A stretch of DNA of 64,000 nt from Lingula anatina (lineage: Eukaryota > Animalia > Brachiopoda), in NCBI GenBank assembly GCA_051362555.1, contig CM120640.1, positions 29,407,967-29,471,966 on the forward strand. The letters are read 5' to 3'. Positions 1 to 13,463 of the stretch are shown one piece after another. The position numbers and the translations under genes were made by a program. How positions within the stretch are numbered: the stretch's first letter is position 1; every line of letters begins with the position of its first letter. Below the pieces are notes generated by a model, which worked only from the letters and a program-made list of their open reading frames with translations, made no database searches and was not told the DNA's origin.

Positions 1-506
1 TGATTATTTTTCCAACAGTTAAGTCTAACAGCAGCATGGAAATGATTACACCTGCTCAAAGTTCATTCAAGCATTTTGAGGAACAAAATGGCAGATTACT
101 ACCGATGACTCCAATATGCATCTGACAAAAGAAAAAACATGTGCTTTCATATGAAAAATACATTGTATGTTGCTCAGATTCATTAGGTTGATGAACTGGT
201 CAAATTTACAGCTGTGCTTACTCCTAACCATGCAGCTTGTTTGCCTTATAGATAAGTGAAGAACAATTATGTAATGAGCATTTAGCACCTAGGCACTATG
301 TGGAGTAGCCAGCTGCACAAAGACAAAAGTATTTGCACCCAAGCAAAATAATTGCTACTGTCTGACCAAAAGATATTGGGGTCCAGCAAGAATTTTTGTT
401 GGGAATGTCATTGCTTAGCTGACCTCAAGGCTACCATTACAGTGCCTTTCAATTTTGTGAAAAAAATTAGAGGAATTCTTACAGGTACATGCTGATTTTT
501 ATCCAG

Positions 507-3063
507 GTATCTTCAAGCACAGTCGTACCATTACCAAAGCCTACATAACTGACATTGTCCCTAAAGATCACCAGTCAGCAGCATTTGGCAGATTTAATGC
601 AGTGTGCTCTATTGGTTTTATTCTGGGTCCCCCTGTAGGAGGTCACATAGCAGAACTTCCTGGTGGGTTTCAGTTAGCAGCTATGCTAGCTGGAGGGATC
701 TTTCTTTTAAATGCAGGTAAAAGAATGTGTCAAATAATCTTTCATGCGTGCACACAAGTACATGTTGAGTTGCTACTCCCATAGGCTTAGCAGCTGAACT
801 CTGCAATGTTATTTCCTTTAAACTTTTATCTGTTGGCTTGGTTGCTTCTTCCAAGACATTGAGCATTTTTCCATATGTGGCTGCATGCCTATTGATGAGG
901 AAAAACAGAAAAACAGCCATATATGTCGACAGATGTACATACTTTTATTTGATGTTTTGCAGAACATTAATCTCGTTAGAAGAACATGCATGGTAGGATT
1001 AGTTATTGCATCTGAGCATGTACTTTTATGAAAAAGTCAAAATGGCCACCAAAACATACAACAAGAACTGAAAAAGATCAGACCATATCTGATATAATAA
1101 GTCTAACCTCCACCTTGAATATTTCTGTTCATTGTGATATTTTATTAGCTATGATCATGATGTACATGTATTAGAATAGACTTTTTGACATTATTTAACC
1201 TCAGTAGTAAAATTGCTACTCTTGTGGACCACATGGTCAAACTTTGATCTGTCATTTCCTATACACTCAAAAAAGGAATTGCATATATTTGAGCTAGAAA
1301 AATCAAATAAGCTGGAATTTTCTTGGCAGTTGCTACTTTTGGGATATTGGGAACTTTTAAAAAGCTAGAATGGCCATCAATATGTTACATAGAATAAAAA
1401 GTTTATAAAAATGGTCTAATTGTCTGTTTAAGTTCTAAGTGACCTTAAAATGTATAGTATTTGGCTTGCTTTCCTTGTGTTCTTCTAGATGTTGTCATTA
1501 AGTACAATGTAATAAGTTAATGTTCATGCATATGGATTCCTTGGAGTTTGAACTCCTCTACTCTCTCAACTACAGTAATAAATTCTCTTACAGCATGTAT
1601 TTACTAATCCTACTTTGCTCTTCTGTTAGGTTTAGCATTTACATGAACTAGAGCTAAAAAAAAGTTTATCAATTGACTTTGCTTTTCTATTTTTCCTCGC
1701 AATTGGCAGCCATTTTGAAAAATGCTCAGTGTGCTAAAAGTAACAACCAAACTAGATTTACCCCTCTAGCTACCAGTATGACGGATGCATTTCTCTTAAA
1801 GTTTCTAGGAAAGAACATTGCAGGGTTAGAATTCTGACTTCTTGTGCATTAGACACAATGTTCATGTACAGTGTATACGTTCAATTTCTTTTAACGAATG
1901 TCCATTTTTCATAACAGTAAAGAGTTGGCTAAATGTGAAATTTTTCATTTTCTTTAGTGTTTTAGAAATTTAGTGTCATATATGAGGTTTACATTTGCAT
2001 TCACATTTACTTTTTTTTCTGTTTTAGGCCAGGTAAAATGTTTAAGTTGGTTAATGGGCAGCTGCTATTAATTAATTAGTATACAGGGGGGACTGTCTGC
2101 ACTGTGGGTGGTTTTAGAGAATAAGGTTTTATCTCGGATCAGTTGTACATTTCTCTTCAATGTGAAACCAATGCCCAATGCATTTTTTATAATAAATAGG
2201 GTCAGTTAGTTGTGCTCCTTTAACCAACTTATCAATTTTGTCTTGTTTAGTATGATGATGTCAGAGTATGATCTGAATTTAGATTTTGATTTGTTATAGG
2301 AATGCTATGGTTTTGTGTTCCTGAAGTCAACTCAAAGCTCAAGTCAGTGGCAAGTCTAGAGGTCACAGCAACACAAAGTAAACTGGATAATAATAACGAA
2401 GAGACCACAAAATCACTTAAATTGCAACCTAAAGTAAGAAGGGTAGCCTTCAGTCCATCTAAGCTTCTATATTCATTTAAATATATTGACTGGAGGAATC
2501 TATGGGACATTTTCTTGATAAGATTGACATTAGGTATTGGGACGTTGCTTTACAAAAACCACTATGCTCTCTTCTTGAAAGCCAGGTTTAGTGCTTCCCC
2601 AAGCACTGTTGGATATATGATGTCCTACAGTGCAATAGCAAGCGCTTGTACTGGTTTTGTGATAGGAAACATAGCAGATTGGTATAAAGATGACAGAAAA
2701 TTGTTACTTCACTCAACTTTCATGATGTTTATATCATTTAGCAGTACTGTTTTTGTCCCAGATTTATTTTGGCTGCTGATCATTGTAACTCCATTGGCAT
2801 TCAGCACAGCCATTTCAAGAATTTGTGTAACAAGTCTCACCATACAGAAAGGTCATCAGCATGATTCTGGGGTACTGCTTGGTTTAGGGCAGAGTTTTAC
2901 AGCCATGGGAAGAATAATATCTCCCACTTTAGCCAGCCTCTCCTCTGAAATCTCAGTTGTAGCACCAAATGTTATATCAGCAGCATGCAGTTTTATAGTT
3001 TTTATACTTATGGTTATTTTGTCAAGGAAAAAGCAAGTAGAAGTAATTGAAAAAATCAAGTAA
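507..3063 (+). CDS. MFSD9: MFSD9-like major facilitator superfamily transporter, last two coding exons (5' part outside window)
   Basis: Exon 507..716 (ccag|GT ATC TTC AAG CAC...AAT GCA G|gtaaa) gives GIFKHSRTITKAYITDIVPKDHQSAAFGRFNAVCSIGFILGPPVGGHIAELPGGF..LNAG. Exon 2300..3063 (atag|GA ATG CTA TGG...TAA) encodes the C-terminal transmembrane bundle. Phases agree (1/1). GIFKH..GFILGP.VGG matches recalled MFSD9. Confidence 0.85.
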
Positions 3064-4053
3064 AATGTCATAATATTTCATGATTTTAAAGATACTTTGA
3101 ACAACACGGTATATGGTTACCCTAACGTATTGAACTGTCATTGCTGTTTATGCATGGGGGGAATACATGTACGTGTTTGAAACAATGAAAAGAAATCTAC
3201 CTCAAATACATTTATGATTTAAAAGACATGCAAGTTTTAAGGGACTTTGACAAATTAGGATTTATTTCTTTATTGGTTTAGAAAATACAGTAATAAACAT
3301 TGATGTATTATGAGACAATGCTGTCACATCAAAAATACATCGGAGGTGAATTTTCAAAGTTGATGATGTTGCATGCAGTTGTGTTCATGGGTCGATATCT
3401 TAAATGTTGATTTAAAACAGATCTACCTCACTTGATCAGCTACCAACACCACCTATTTAATCACGGCAATGAGGAATTTTTGGAAACTGATGACAACAGT
3501 ACCTTAGTACACATAACATGGAGATTCAAAAAAGTAACAATTTTCCAATATGAGAGACATAGATTATAAAAGGGAGTTTTTGCTTAAATTTTTTTTATTT
3601 TTATTTTGTTTGCACAAGTAATACAAAAGCTATTTTGTGAAATGTAGGGCTTGATGACATATTGAGCCCCCTTTAAGATCCACGATGAATAATTATAATG
3701 AATAATATTATTATATTTTTGTATTTAAACACATTTTTTTCAAAGAATTTTTACTGTGATCTGAAGTTGATGTAAGTGATGCACCTTTATAAGATGTGAA
3801 ATTAAAGAAAATTGTTCAAATTGATTTTAATACAATTCGTTTATATTTGTTTGTTTAGGATTCCACCATTACAATAAACTGTTACATTCCAGAAAATATA
3901 GGTATTTAACAACATTTCTAATCATTATGTATTACATATCTGTACAGGAACTTTTCTTCTGAATTTCTACTTTGTAATGTGAAAATAGTTGGATCTCAGT
4001 TTTGATAGTCAGAAAGTTTTCATTTATGATGGATCCAGATATTTGATTTACCT

Positions 4054-4096
4054 GTTGACTGTTTCGTCAGTTCACTCTGACAAACTTGGTCACAAC
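4054..4096 (-). ncRNA. Degenerate minimal hammerhead-ribozyme-like motif in the inverted Penelope pLTR
   Basis: Minus strand reads gtt-GTGACCA-A-GTTTGT-cagagtga-ACTGAC-GAAA-CAG-TC-aac: 3-bp stem I (GTT/AAC), core GUGACCA, imperfect stem II, GAAA box and GUC triplet. Confidence 0.55.
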
Positions 4097-5267
4097 TACT
4101 AGTGGACAAAGGATGGAAAACGATAATAATGGACGTGAAAGAGTACAATGAGAAAGTGCAACACATGTTAGCAGACACAGTCCCCCCCCCCCCCCCTCCC
4201 CCTTGGTGAAAGTCACGCCTATGGCTCAGATATGTGGATGACATCCTGGCAATAATACCGAAGGGTACTATAGCAGCAGTGAACCAACACATGAATGGCA
4301 CTGGCCCCTACAACAGCATAAAACTCACCAATGAAGAAATGAGGGACAACCACATAGCATTCTTGGATACAGACATTATAGTCAAAGCAGACGGGTCCAT
4401 AAAAACCAAAGTGTACAGAAAACCAACTCACACCAACCAATATTTGGATTTCACATCCCACCATCCAGTAGTACACAAATTGGCAGTGGTAAGGGAATTG
4501 TTAGATCGCTGTTATGAATTAGTGGCTGAGAGAGCACAGAATGGAAAAGGAAAACAAAAGAGGCACTGCAACAATGCAATTACCCAAAATGGACAATAAA
4601 TAAGGTGAAATATCAAATGGAAATGAAAAAGATCAGGAAGAAAGATAATATTATCCAAAAATAAGAAAGACCAAAAAGTGGAAAAATCCAAAGGACAAGT
4701 TACAATCCCATATGTGAAAGGAATTTCAGAAAAAATCATGAACGCAGCGAGGAAAGAAGACATCAGAGTGTCATTCAAACCACATGCAAAACTCAGAAAC
4801 TTTCTTATACGCCTAAAAGATAAAATAGAAGACAACAAGAAGTGTGGAATAGTATATGAAATCCGGTGTGGGAGCTGTGACAGAGTATATGTTGGAGATA
4901 CAGGAAGAAAACTAGAAAGAAGAACACAAGAAATATGTAAAGTAAAATCTAAGCAAGGGAGTCAACACCAGATCCAAAAACAGGAGTTTTACACAAATCT
5001 GCCATCAAAGATCATATGTCAGATAACAACCATGTGCCAAATGGGACAGTGTAAAAGTGCTAATCAGTGAAAATGATTACAGTAAGTGCAAAGTTTTGGA
5101 ATCCATCTGGATAAGAAGAAAAAAATTAACACGCCATGAACAGAGATGGAGCACACAAGCTGTCCCATGTGTGACGACATTCTCATGTGGGGAAGGGCGA
5201 GAGACTTACAAGTCATCATCAAGACTGAGGTTATTACCTGTTCACCTTCACCTGAACAGGTAATTCA

Positions 5268-5310
5268 TTTGTGACCAAGTCAGTAAGAGTGAACAGACGA
5301 AACAGGCAAC
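5268..5310 (+). ncRNA. Degenerate minimal hammerhead-ribozyme-like motif in the 3' Penelope pLTR
   Basis: ttt-GTGACCA-A-GTCAGT-aagagtga-ACAGAC-GAAA-CAG-GC-aac; same core, but the cleavage triplet is changed to GGC. Confidence 0.5.
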
Positions 5311-8300
5311 AGGTAAAACAAATATCTAGATCTATCACCAATGAAAACTTTCTATTTCTACTTTGTAGCATTCAGTGTTCAGTTTTTGTATGACATCTAC
5401 ACTATAATAGACCTAGAAGAGCTACATGTAACTAGAAAGTGTGTGTGTGTGTGTGTGTGTGTGTTTTTTTGTGTGGGAGGGAGGGTGCAGAATACTAACA
5501 ACAATTCACAGCATAGTGTGACTTGGAAACTGATCAGTGACATCGATATCTCAGGTCAAAGCAATGGCCAGACATCCACTTCCACTTCTGCCCACTGCTT
5601 CCATTCTTGAGCCAAAAAATTTCACCTTTCTCTATCTGTACTGTAGGTACCTTAGCTAGGCACTGCTCTGCAGCTTTGGCAGTCGACGGAACAAAATCTT
5701 CATAGTTTGATGTATGCACATCGATCTGCTCCTTCCATTTTTAAAGCCTGAAATCAGTTTCTTACTTCAACGAAAGGTGGGCTTATATCTGTATGTTCTC
5801 ATTTGTTGCAAAGTCACTCCAAATGTTCCTGTATTTGGTAACTTTTGCACTTACAGCTGGCTCTGATTTGTGCTACATCATTAAACAATCCGTTATTGTT
5901 TGTACTCTGTGTGGAGCACTGTCATATTGCAAAATCATTTTGTTCCCAAGTGCCCTCTAGTAAATGGGAGGCAGGCAATTGCCAGAATATTCCTGTATTT
6001 CATGTGGTTCAGGTTTCCATTGACATATCTGTTAACTGCCTCCAATTTTTGATGAAAAATTAAAGGTCACATCATAGAACCATACGTACATATATGCAGA
6101 TGAGATCAATCTATTCTATGATTGGACAATATGTCCTACGCACTGCCTTTTCCCCAAATATGATATAACCCCTCCTTTCATTTTGTGTGGATGTTTGAAA
6201 CTAAGAACAGGTTTAATGGCCATGGTTTTGTGGTAGAACTCTCTTGATCACTCGTACAGGGGCAAAATCCTTTTTATTATCATCTCTGGATCAACTTGCT
6301 TTCTGCATCCTTTGGTATACTAGTAAGAACGACAGCTTTTATGTCTCATATTATGGCCCTATTATCCCATCTCTTTTACAAGTGTGTTGAATTCTGTGCT
6401 TATAATTTATATCAATTTTAAAACAATTACTTTTCCAAAACGCATGATTGTTTCACCATAATGACTGCTCTTTCAGTTTCATAGTGCATAAATATACAAA
6501 AAAATATACTAAACAGTCTAACAATGACTTAAGCTATCATGATAAGAAAATACCCTGATATTGTTTTATTACCCCCAACAAGGTTGTTTTTAGTTTTGAA
6601 ATATAGGTCAAAGGTCAAATCGAATGTCATATTCAAAATCTCCACAATCCATATAACTTTTGGTCAGATTTCTCTGATTAGTACCTTTTCTCATAATTTC
6701 TTTTGTTTATAAGATATTTAGCAAAAATAAAAAAAAAAAAACTTTAATTTTTGGAAAAAACATCAATCGATTAATCAGCAAATCTTTTCAGTAAGTTTGA
6801 GAATCATAAGTAACATGCTTTTTCTTTAATATATAGTCATTATAACAGCATTGCTGAAATTAGGGCTTCCTTACGTTTTATTGCAACATTACATAATGGT
6901 TTACAGCATAATCACCCCCATATTCAGAATATGTTACTAGCAAAGGTCTTCAAGGAAAAAAAAGCACAACTTTTTGAAAAATGGTCCGATGAAGCTGATT
7001 TTTGAACTTGACCTACATTTTATGAATATTCATCAGTTCTGAAAGTTTGAAGACAGTGAAACAATTTTCCACTTATTGTCTTATCTGTGTAAGTGCGCGT
7101 TGAAAATGACAACAGCAACAACAAAGGCAATGGCTATATACATAAAAGATATTTTCACCAAGCCGCTATTCAAACATTTTATTTAGCTGTATAAACATAA
7201 AATGAATCACAGAGTTTGAGGATAATAAAGTGCACTATTATTCATATATAGCGTTGATGTTGACAGTACACAAAATACTTTTTTGTCAATTTATATATGC
7301 AATACTATGAAACACTTACATTCATAATTATCATCAATTTTCAATTATGTAACACTGCTAATGTAGACTTTCAGAAAATGTATCTGGCACAGTGCTAAAT
7401 GTATGGGAGTTCAAAGTCACTCGCAATGTGTGTTTTTTATGTTATCTCACTTAATGCATACTTGCTAAATAATATGTCCAGTGATTGAATAGCTCTGTAA
7501 TTACCCAGGGGACAATAAATGTACTGATCAGCCCATGTGTCCACATATCACAAACTAAATGTGTCAGGAGGATTCCACAAAAAAACAGCAAAACTTTGAG
7601 AAAAATATTCCAAATGGGCTGTTTATTTAACGCTCAACTGTTATTAAATAATTTTAATCCCTCCTGTATATTTGAAGACAAAAGGTTTATCTTTCTCTGC
7701 CTAATGTGCTACCTGCAATACATATATAGTATAATACATATGCTTTAAAAACAAAAAAACAAAATCTGATTTTTAAACATGCCAAACTGTTAGTAGATAC
7801 TAACTACTGTTAGTAATTAATATAAAGACACTAATTAAATATAAAGACACTAAGTCAACAGGCTTTCCACTGTATGTGTTATCTGCAGTTGGTATAATTT
7901 GCGGTAAATAATTTCAAAAAATCAATCAAGCTGTAAGTTTGAGAATCATAAGTAAGATGGTTATCCTTTTATGGTCATTATGGCATCATTGCCCAAAATA
8001 GGGCTTCCTTCAACTTTGATGCAATATTACTTAACACTTAATAGCATAATCACCATCTTTTTAAATAATAAAAGTATCATGGATATTCAAATAATGTGAC
8101 TAACAAAGGCTTCCAGGATGATGGAAGTTCAAAGTCTACCTTGAAAATGAAGGTTGATGTGAATGGAGATGTGAAAAATGAACATTTCTCAAAAATGCAT
8201 AACTTACAAAAATAATTTTAAAAATTTAATAAATCCAATCAGACTTGTTTTCAAACCCAACCTGTATTTAAGTCACTTCCAAGAGACCTGTAAATTTGAA

Positions 8301-8585
8301 GCTAATAAGTAAAACGATTTACCTTAAAATGTGAACTTATCTGTATTATACATAGACAGTATACGTAATATATGCTGTACACATGTTTTAGATTGAGAAT
8401 TTGGGTGGAATAACAAGCTCGGTGCAAAAAAAACCCAGAACAGTCAAGTTTTGTAAGGCTGATATAAACTGCTCATGATGTCAGTCACTGTTAACATCGC
8501 AAAACTGGGTCACTTTTTCTATGTTTACTTGCATTTGTTGTTTTTCTAGATTTTGCTCAATTTCACATGATTTTTCATTTAAGTT

Positions 8586-11500
8586 CTACCCATGAAGCTT
8601 GGAAAGAAACTTGTCAACATCCATCTTGGAAAGCTTTTTCAACTTGCTCTGAAACCAAACAATACAATATTTATTAATATAGTAATGTTTTACTGATAAT
8701 AATCACTTTGGAATAAAAAATTATGAGACAACTACATCTTGCTCTTGTCACAATAGCATCATCAGCGGGGGTGTAGCTTGTACATTTAAAAAGGTTGGAC
8801 CAGGGGAAATAGCAAGGAATCCATATATACATCTGTCAATTCAAGAGACCCACGCTGGGATTCTAGCTGCCCCTATTTATAACCTGGTTATTCCCCCAAT
8901 TTATCAACCAGAGTGAGAATTGCTAATAGGTCATCAGCCATGCAACACTAAGTGATCTGTAGCTATTTCATAAATATTCTGTTCCGAAGTAAGTGATAAT
9001 TATCACTAAAATCAATGTTACTTTTACTTTTAAGTATTAAAATAGGAAATCTTATAGTGGAACCATGAACAATCTGATAGAAAAATCTTTTTAGGGTAAA
9101 ATATCTGCAGCAGCTGATGTTATTTATACATACCCTTAACAATGAACATTTTCTACTTCTGACATAAGACGAATTAAATGCTTTTATGTTCAGATACAAT
9201 TTAATGACATCATGGCAGTAAATTGCTTTAAACTATTTATCAGATTTTCTTTTCCTAACTTAAGGGATTGTTACCTTTTTTGCTCTGGGCTCATCACATT
9301 TTCCCTGAAAAGATATATACCACACTTACATCAGTTGATGAAGATGTTAAAAAAGCTGATGCCTCCTTTATGATGTAAATGTAGACTCTGATTACAGTCT
9401 GACACTTATTGCACAACCATGATTCATTTTTATCAACTACAGATCCTTTCATGTTTTGGGTCATTTTTGCAGAAAAAGCATAAAAACGATGCCCAGTGTA
9501 AAATATATATTCTAAGAATGCTTTTCACACACATCCTAAAAACGTGAAACAAAAAATGTATTTCATCAAATTATAGTATACAGGGCTGATCATATAATTG
9601 TATAGATGTATATGCTGGATGACCCCCCCCCCCCCCCAAAAAAAAAAAAAATTATTAAATCTTACAAAGGTCCATCTAATTTCAAGAAATCTGCTGGACT
9701 TAAAACTTCAATATGAGTATGCTCATTCCCCAAAGTTTCAGTTATCTTGGTCGCTTTCAGAATAGATGATCTGAGTATTAACTGCCACATAGCAATTTTA
9801 GGAGAGACTGATCAGCAGGAAGTGTGATGTCGAGTAGGCACTGTATTCACCGACTTGAACCCCACCCCCAGATTTTTTTCTGTGGGGGTACCAGATTTTT
9901 TTCTGTGGGAGTATCTCAAAGCTGAAGTGAACCAGAACAACCCTCAAATGATTGGTGAACTGTGGGGAGCGTTCACAGCAAAAATTCAGGAAATCCCGAA
10001 AGAGGAATGTGCTTGAGAAATTGATAATTTTTTCCCAACGTATGCAAGTATGCATCCAATGCCTTTGAAGCCATTTGGAGCATATTTTTAAAATGAATAT
10101 AATTTTTATGCAAAGCGACCAAGAAAACTGAAACTTCAGGGAATGATCATGCACATATTTAGGTCCAGCAAATTACTTGAAATTTGATAGATCTTTGTAA
10201 AATTTAAAAAAAAATTATGGGTTCTGTTTTTTTTTTTGGGTCACCCTGTACAATAAGGAATTGTTGAAATGAAAAATTTATTTAGCAGTTTTTAATATGA
10301 TTAACCTGCTAAAAAATGAATGGCTCACCCTCTCTCTCCTTTTCCGGCCCCTGGGTTTCATCTCCTGACTAGAATCAACCTTCCTGCCACCTGCTGCCAT
10401 CTGCAGGGAGGCAGTGGAGTTTTCAAGGTCTGGATCCATTAGGTCTGGTAACCTAGTTGCAAGACAGACCAATGTTTCTGCCACTTCACTTTCATTACTA
10501 TCTTGAATTGTTTTTGAAGGGACTGGTGTCAGTTTACTGGTAGGCTCCACAGTACTGTGCTCTATATTATCTTTAACTGATGTGAACATTGCTGCTGTCA
10601 TCTCTGATTTGTGGAGCTCTTGTGACACAAATTTTGTAGTGGCACTACTGTCAGAGCATGGTAATAACTGATTGTTCCCAGCTGCATCATCATTAATAAT
10701 GTGTGGTGCTGTTTGAGAACTAGTCACAGTTGGTAATATCACGGCAGGTGAAGTCAATTCCGTCTGTAGCATTGGCTGAGGAGAGATGACTGTACACATG
10801 TCCCCTTGGGTTGGTGGGTTTGATTCCACTTTCTCCAAGACAGATGGAGCAGAGAAACTAGAAACAGGCAATTGACCACTTTCATACTTTTTAGTGCTAT
10901 ATTTGGAACAACTTCTTTTGTGATTTATGTTTTTATGCTTATGCTTGTGAATATGTTTGTTTTGTCTTCTCCTTTCTGTACAGTCAGGTTTAGCCTTTTC
11001 TATGCAAGGATATGGCTGATAAGCCTGATTGGAATTCTCTCCAAAGACTGTTGCCCATGTCTGCCTACTGAAGGCTGGTGCTGATGGATGTTGCCTCAGA
11101 GCTGGTGCTGCTAGTGCATCAGACGCAGGACACAGATCTGACTTTTCAACAAAGGTTAAATCAATACCATTTGTCTTTTGTGTAAGCAAGTCCTTTGACT
11201 GAGGTGGGCAAACCAAATCACTCAGGATTACCTGTTGTGCATTTTCTGCAGATGGCATAGCCACCTCATTGGCATTGTTTCCTTGGGCTATTTTTTTACC
11301 TTCCATCTTAGCTCTGAGCAAATCCCTAACTGTTTCTTTTTTAGAATTCAGGTTTTTCTTAGGATGCAAAGATGGCAGTTTCCTTTCTTGAAAAACATTG
11401 ATTGTCTCAATGGGCTGTTTACCTACAGAGAAGTTGATCTCCACATTTCTGTCTGTTTTTGGTGCCCTTCTTCTCTGCTTTTTATCACATATTACACCTT

Positions 11501-13427
11501 CGTCTGTAGTAAGTGCTGCTTTTGATTTAGCAGTGACAGGTTTTGAAACTTTTGAATCCTTCTTAAAGGACAACACTCTAACATGCTTTGTAATTGTCTT
11601 CTTTGACATGTTGTTTCCCTCTACCATGCCACCCTGAGCAGCTGGACATGGACTGTGAAAATAACCTAAGTGTGAGTGTGCAGTGGAATCTGAACTAGGA
11701 GTAAGTAATATAGCACCGGGAGAAATGGTCTGAAAAGTTGAGTTTGTATGCGGACCTGAGCAAATTCCTGATATTTCTTGTTGTTGTTCTGTACTTTTGT
11801 CACTGGACTGTAACAGACTTGCTGTTGGTGAACTATCAGAGTTGTTATCTTTCAACAGTTCTGTACTTAATAATCCATCAGGGACATAAGCAACATTTAA
11901 TGGCACTGATGGTTTGCTTGATTTGGATCTGGATGTTGAAGGTTTCAGTCCTTGATTCTTCTCTACAGATATCTCAATTATAGGTTTCTCAGGAGATGCC
12001 ATATTAATCAGAGCCTTCAAACCTGAAAAGAGAAAAACAAAAAATTGAGATTAAATTGTAAAACCTCTATATTTTTTGAGGGAACATATTCACTTTTTTG
12101 AATATCTAAGATTTGGTGAATATATTGAAAATACTAAGCATATTAGAAATGCACAGTGTAAGATTTTTTTGAAAAACTACTGAATGAATTTTCCTGGATT
12201 AAACAATATTTTTCTCTAACTAATCAACCTATGGTCCTCCTTTGCTGAAGCACCCTCTGCGATAATCTTGCAAAATAAAAAAGTCCATCACAACTCTTAA
12301 AGGGATATAAACTCTTTTGGTGAGTTAAGTGCAAAAAAAAAAAAAAAAAAAAAAAGGTTTTCCTGGGGTCTACAACAACTTTCCCATACTTTCCTTTGGT
12401 TGATCTAGTGGTTTTGTTATTCTAAAATAGAAGATTGTTTTTTAAGTTTGTTTTTCTTTTAAATAATCTCTTAAGAGAAAATTTTATCCAAAATCGTACT
12501 TTTCTAGTCAGATTTAATAAGTGAAGAATGATTTAAGACCTCCATCACTTACACTTATCCTAAGCAAAAAGTTGGAAACATTTGTTTTTACATGACTCTC
12601 GGAGATTTGGGCCCACATACATGAGAGACCAATTTGGCAACATTAAAGGTTCTTCCACCACAATGATCTTAACTTAGCTTCTGACACCTGGGCCAAGGCC
12701 AGTGACACTACTGGGACACAATATACCAATATTTAATTTTAATGGCTGGATTTCAGAAATGTTTCTGACTTAACAGATCAAAATAGTCTGCTAGGCAAGC
12801 TTTGCAGCTATGAAGCACCCCAAGGGCTCATTCCCAATAAAATTATCTGTCTACCTAGAATGTGGTTCATGCCTTTGTGTGTAGGTGTTTGTATATCATG
12901 ACTGATGTATGAACTGGGTACCTGGAGACCATTTTGTGGATGGCTTCTCTGCTTCTTTCCTGGGGGTAGAATGGCCAGCTGGTGGTACACTTGCTGCAGC
13001 TGTAGATGACCTTACCATTGTAGATGAGTGGTCAGCTCCAGGCACACTCACTGCTGCTGTGTTTGGTGGAACCTGTTTACTATCTAGACACAAAGGCGAG
13101 GCAGTTGATGAAAATGCTACTGCTGCCATGCTTGATGCTTTGGTTGCAGGCTCTACAGACTGAATGCTGGGAAAACTTTTGGTCAAAGTGCCTGTAGAAG
13201 GTACATTGACCACAACACATTTAAATATGCCAGAAGGCGTTTCGCTAGTGCATTTCGGTGCTATATTTCTAAAACGTGATGTGTCAGGTAAAGTCCTGGA
13301 CTGGACAGGTGGGGCTGGCAACAATACAGGGAACTTTGAAGCAGCTCTTTTCGTAGGTCGACCTTTACTTCTTCCCTTGTTGGCAGTCTTTTTATTTAGA
13401 CCTAAAGTAGAAAATGTTTAACCATAA

Positions 13428-13463
<36 letters not shown>

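Larger units (their letters stand above)
4011..5353 (+). mobile_element. Penelope-like retroelement remnant (RT + GIY-YIG) with inverted pseudo-LTRs
   Basis: Frameshifted pieces: DKGWKTIIMDVKEYNEKVQHML (~4110-4175), WLRYVDDILAII..FLDT..TKVYRKPTHTNQYLDFTSHHP (4220-4500) and GIY-YIG GIVYEIRCGSCDRVYVGDTGR (ORF 4678..5070). About 85-bp inverted repeats at 4011..4095 and 5269..5353. Confidence 0.9.

Noticed and set aside
10278-12020. 580-aa ORF as a stand-alone gene
   Set aside because: It begins at a splice acceptor (TTG, not a real start) and has a donor at 10328; it is NPAT exon 10.
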